Assembly (NCBI RefSeq): GCF_001194135.2
Contig: NC_068985.1
Coordinates: 29,462,864 to 29,526,863 of the forward strand
Direction: 5' to 3'
From: Octopus bimaculoides
Taxonomy: Eukaryota
DNA: 64,000 nt
Positions 62,901 through 64,000 of the stretch are shown here, one piece after another. A program made the position numbers and the translations under genes. The notes under the pieces were generated by a model. That model saw only the letters and a program-made list of their open reading frames with translations. It did not search any database and had not been told where the DNA came from. Numbering within the stretch: position 1 is the first letter of the stretch; every line of letters starts with the position of its first letter.

Positions 62901-63744
62901 GTTAGCAGAAAGATAAAATCAGCTGTATTACAACTCGAGTTTGAGGCCATCTTTATAAAGATTGCTAAAAAGTGTGGAACACATTTACAAAGATGCTTTA
63001 AGTATAAATCAATAATAATCTTATCTAGTTTAAATATAAAATTTCTCTAACAATAGATTTACCAATATTTGGTAAATATATCTCTTTATAGAAGTACTGT
63101 TCCATGACCGAAACCATAATGGTTGGAACAAGCAAAAAATAATCAAAAAAATTTTTTTAAACATAAGAACCAACTAACAAAGAAATAAAAAAATTAGCAT
63201 ATGGTTTTGCATCAGGATTGAAATGAAACGCTAAGCTCAAACTTGGGTTGTTCTATTTTAAATACACCATATAGAAAAAAACATTTGTTTTGTCCTTCTC
63301 AAACATTTTTGAGTGTAGTGGATACAACAGAAAGGCTAAAGCCATTGTAAGTTCAAACCAACAGCAGAATTACAAGTAATCAAAGTAAAAGACAAATATT
63401 ACTGACTTCTTACATACAATTCCTGCTGAGTAAGCAAAAAGCCAAATTTTTTCTATAATTAAGTAGCAATACAGTTGACTGAATCGTCCTAGTATATTAC
63501 TGATAGATATTTTCATTGATTCTGGAACGTTTATTCTTCTTATGACTTTCAGGCAGCATGTTGTTAGAAAAAATATTTTCTTCTTTAGTGCAAAGTGTTA
63601 AAGACAAAACAGAAAAGTTAGTCTTCTTTAAAACGTCACCCGTAATAGACTGTTGCAACACCTATAATCCATTCATTCATTTAAGCAAACAAGAGAAAGA
63701 GAGAGTTGTTACAGTCCAACTCCAGGTTATTCCTGAGTAAGTCT

Positions 63745-63870
63745 AAGATCAAAAGCTTTCCAACTATGACCATCCTGTCTTTTTCTTTAGTATTGTACAT
63801 CTAGAATGTTTCCACATTTTGAGGCGATAGGATGTCACTCAAGAGAGTTCTGGTCTCTATTTCTAGTAAA
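63745..63870 (-). repeat. Dispersed repeat family D fragment
   Basis: ctatgaccatcctgtc...ctatttctag. Confidence 0.6.
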
Positions 63871-64000
63871 TCAGGGCCACATAAATACGCTTTCATGATA
63901 ACAAAAAGGTTAAAATTGGAAAGTGGAGACTGGGAAGCATACCACACACACACACAACACATATATGTATATGTATATATATATGTATGTATATATATAT

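Overview
AT-rich, repeat-dense eukaryotic DNA. The SINE families and microsatellite pattern look like a cephalopod (Octopus-like) draft genome; this is an inference and has not been checked against a database. There is no complete protein-coding gene, rRNA, true tRNA or CRISPR array. The window is mostly tRNA-derived SINEs (three recurring families, labelled A, B and C here), two unclassified dispersed repeats (D, E), decayed LINEs (RTE, R4/Dong-like, CR1/L2-like), decayed Tc1/mariner-superfamily transposons (DD34D mariner x2, DD37D maT x2, pogo/Tigger), MITEs, microsatellites and six N gaps. It probably lies inside the introns of a large minus-strand gene: a well-formed 45-nt exon sits at 13552-13596, with candidate microexons nearby. 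The most unusual observations are: (i) an RTE reverse-transcriptase fragment enclosed by 46-bp terminal inverted repeats, like a pack-type capture; (ii) two paralogous 21-nt microexon-like units inside a diverged ~1.2-kb duplication; (iii) a 210-nt element with nested helices; (iv) several long inverted repeats that would form dsRNA in a pre-mRNA. Repeat boundaries are approximate (about +/-20 nt) unless exact sequence is quoted.
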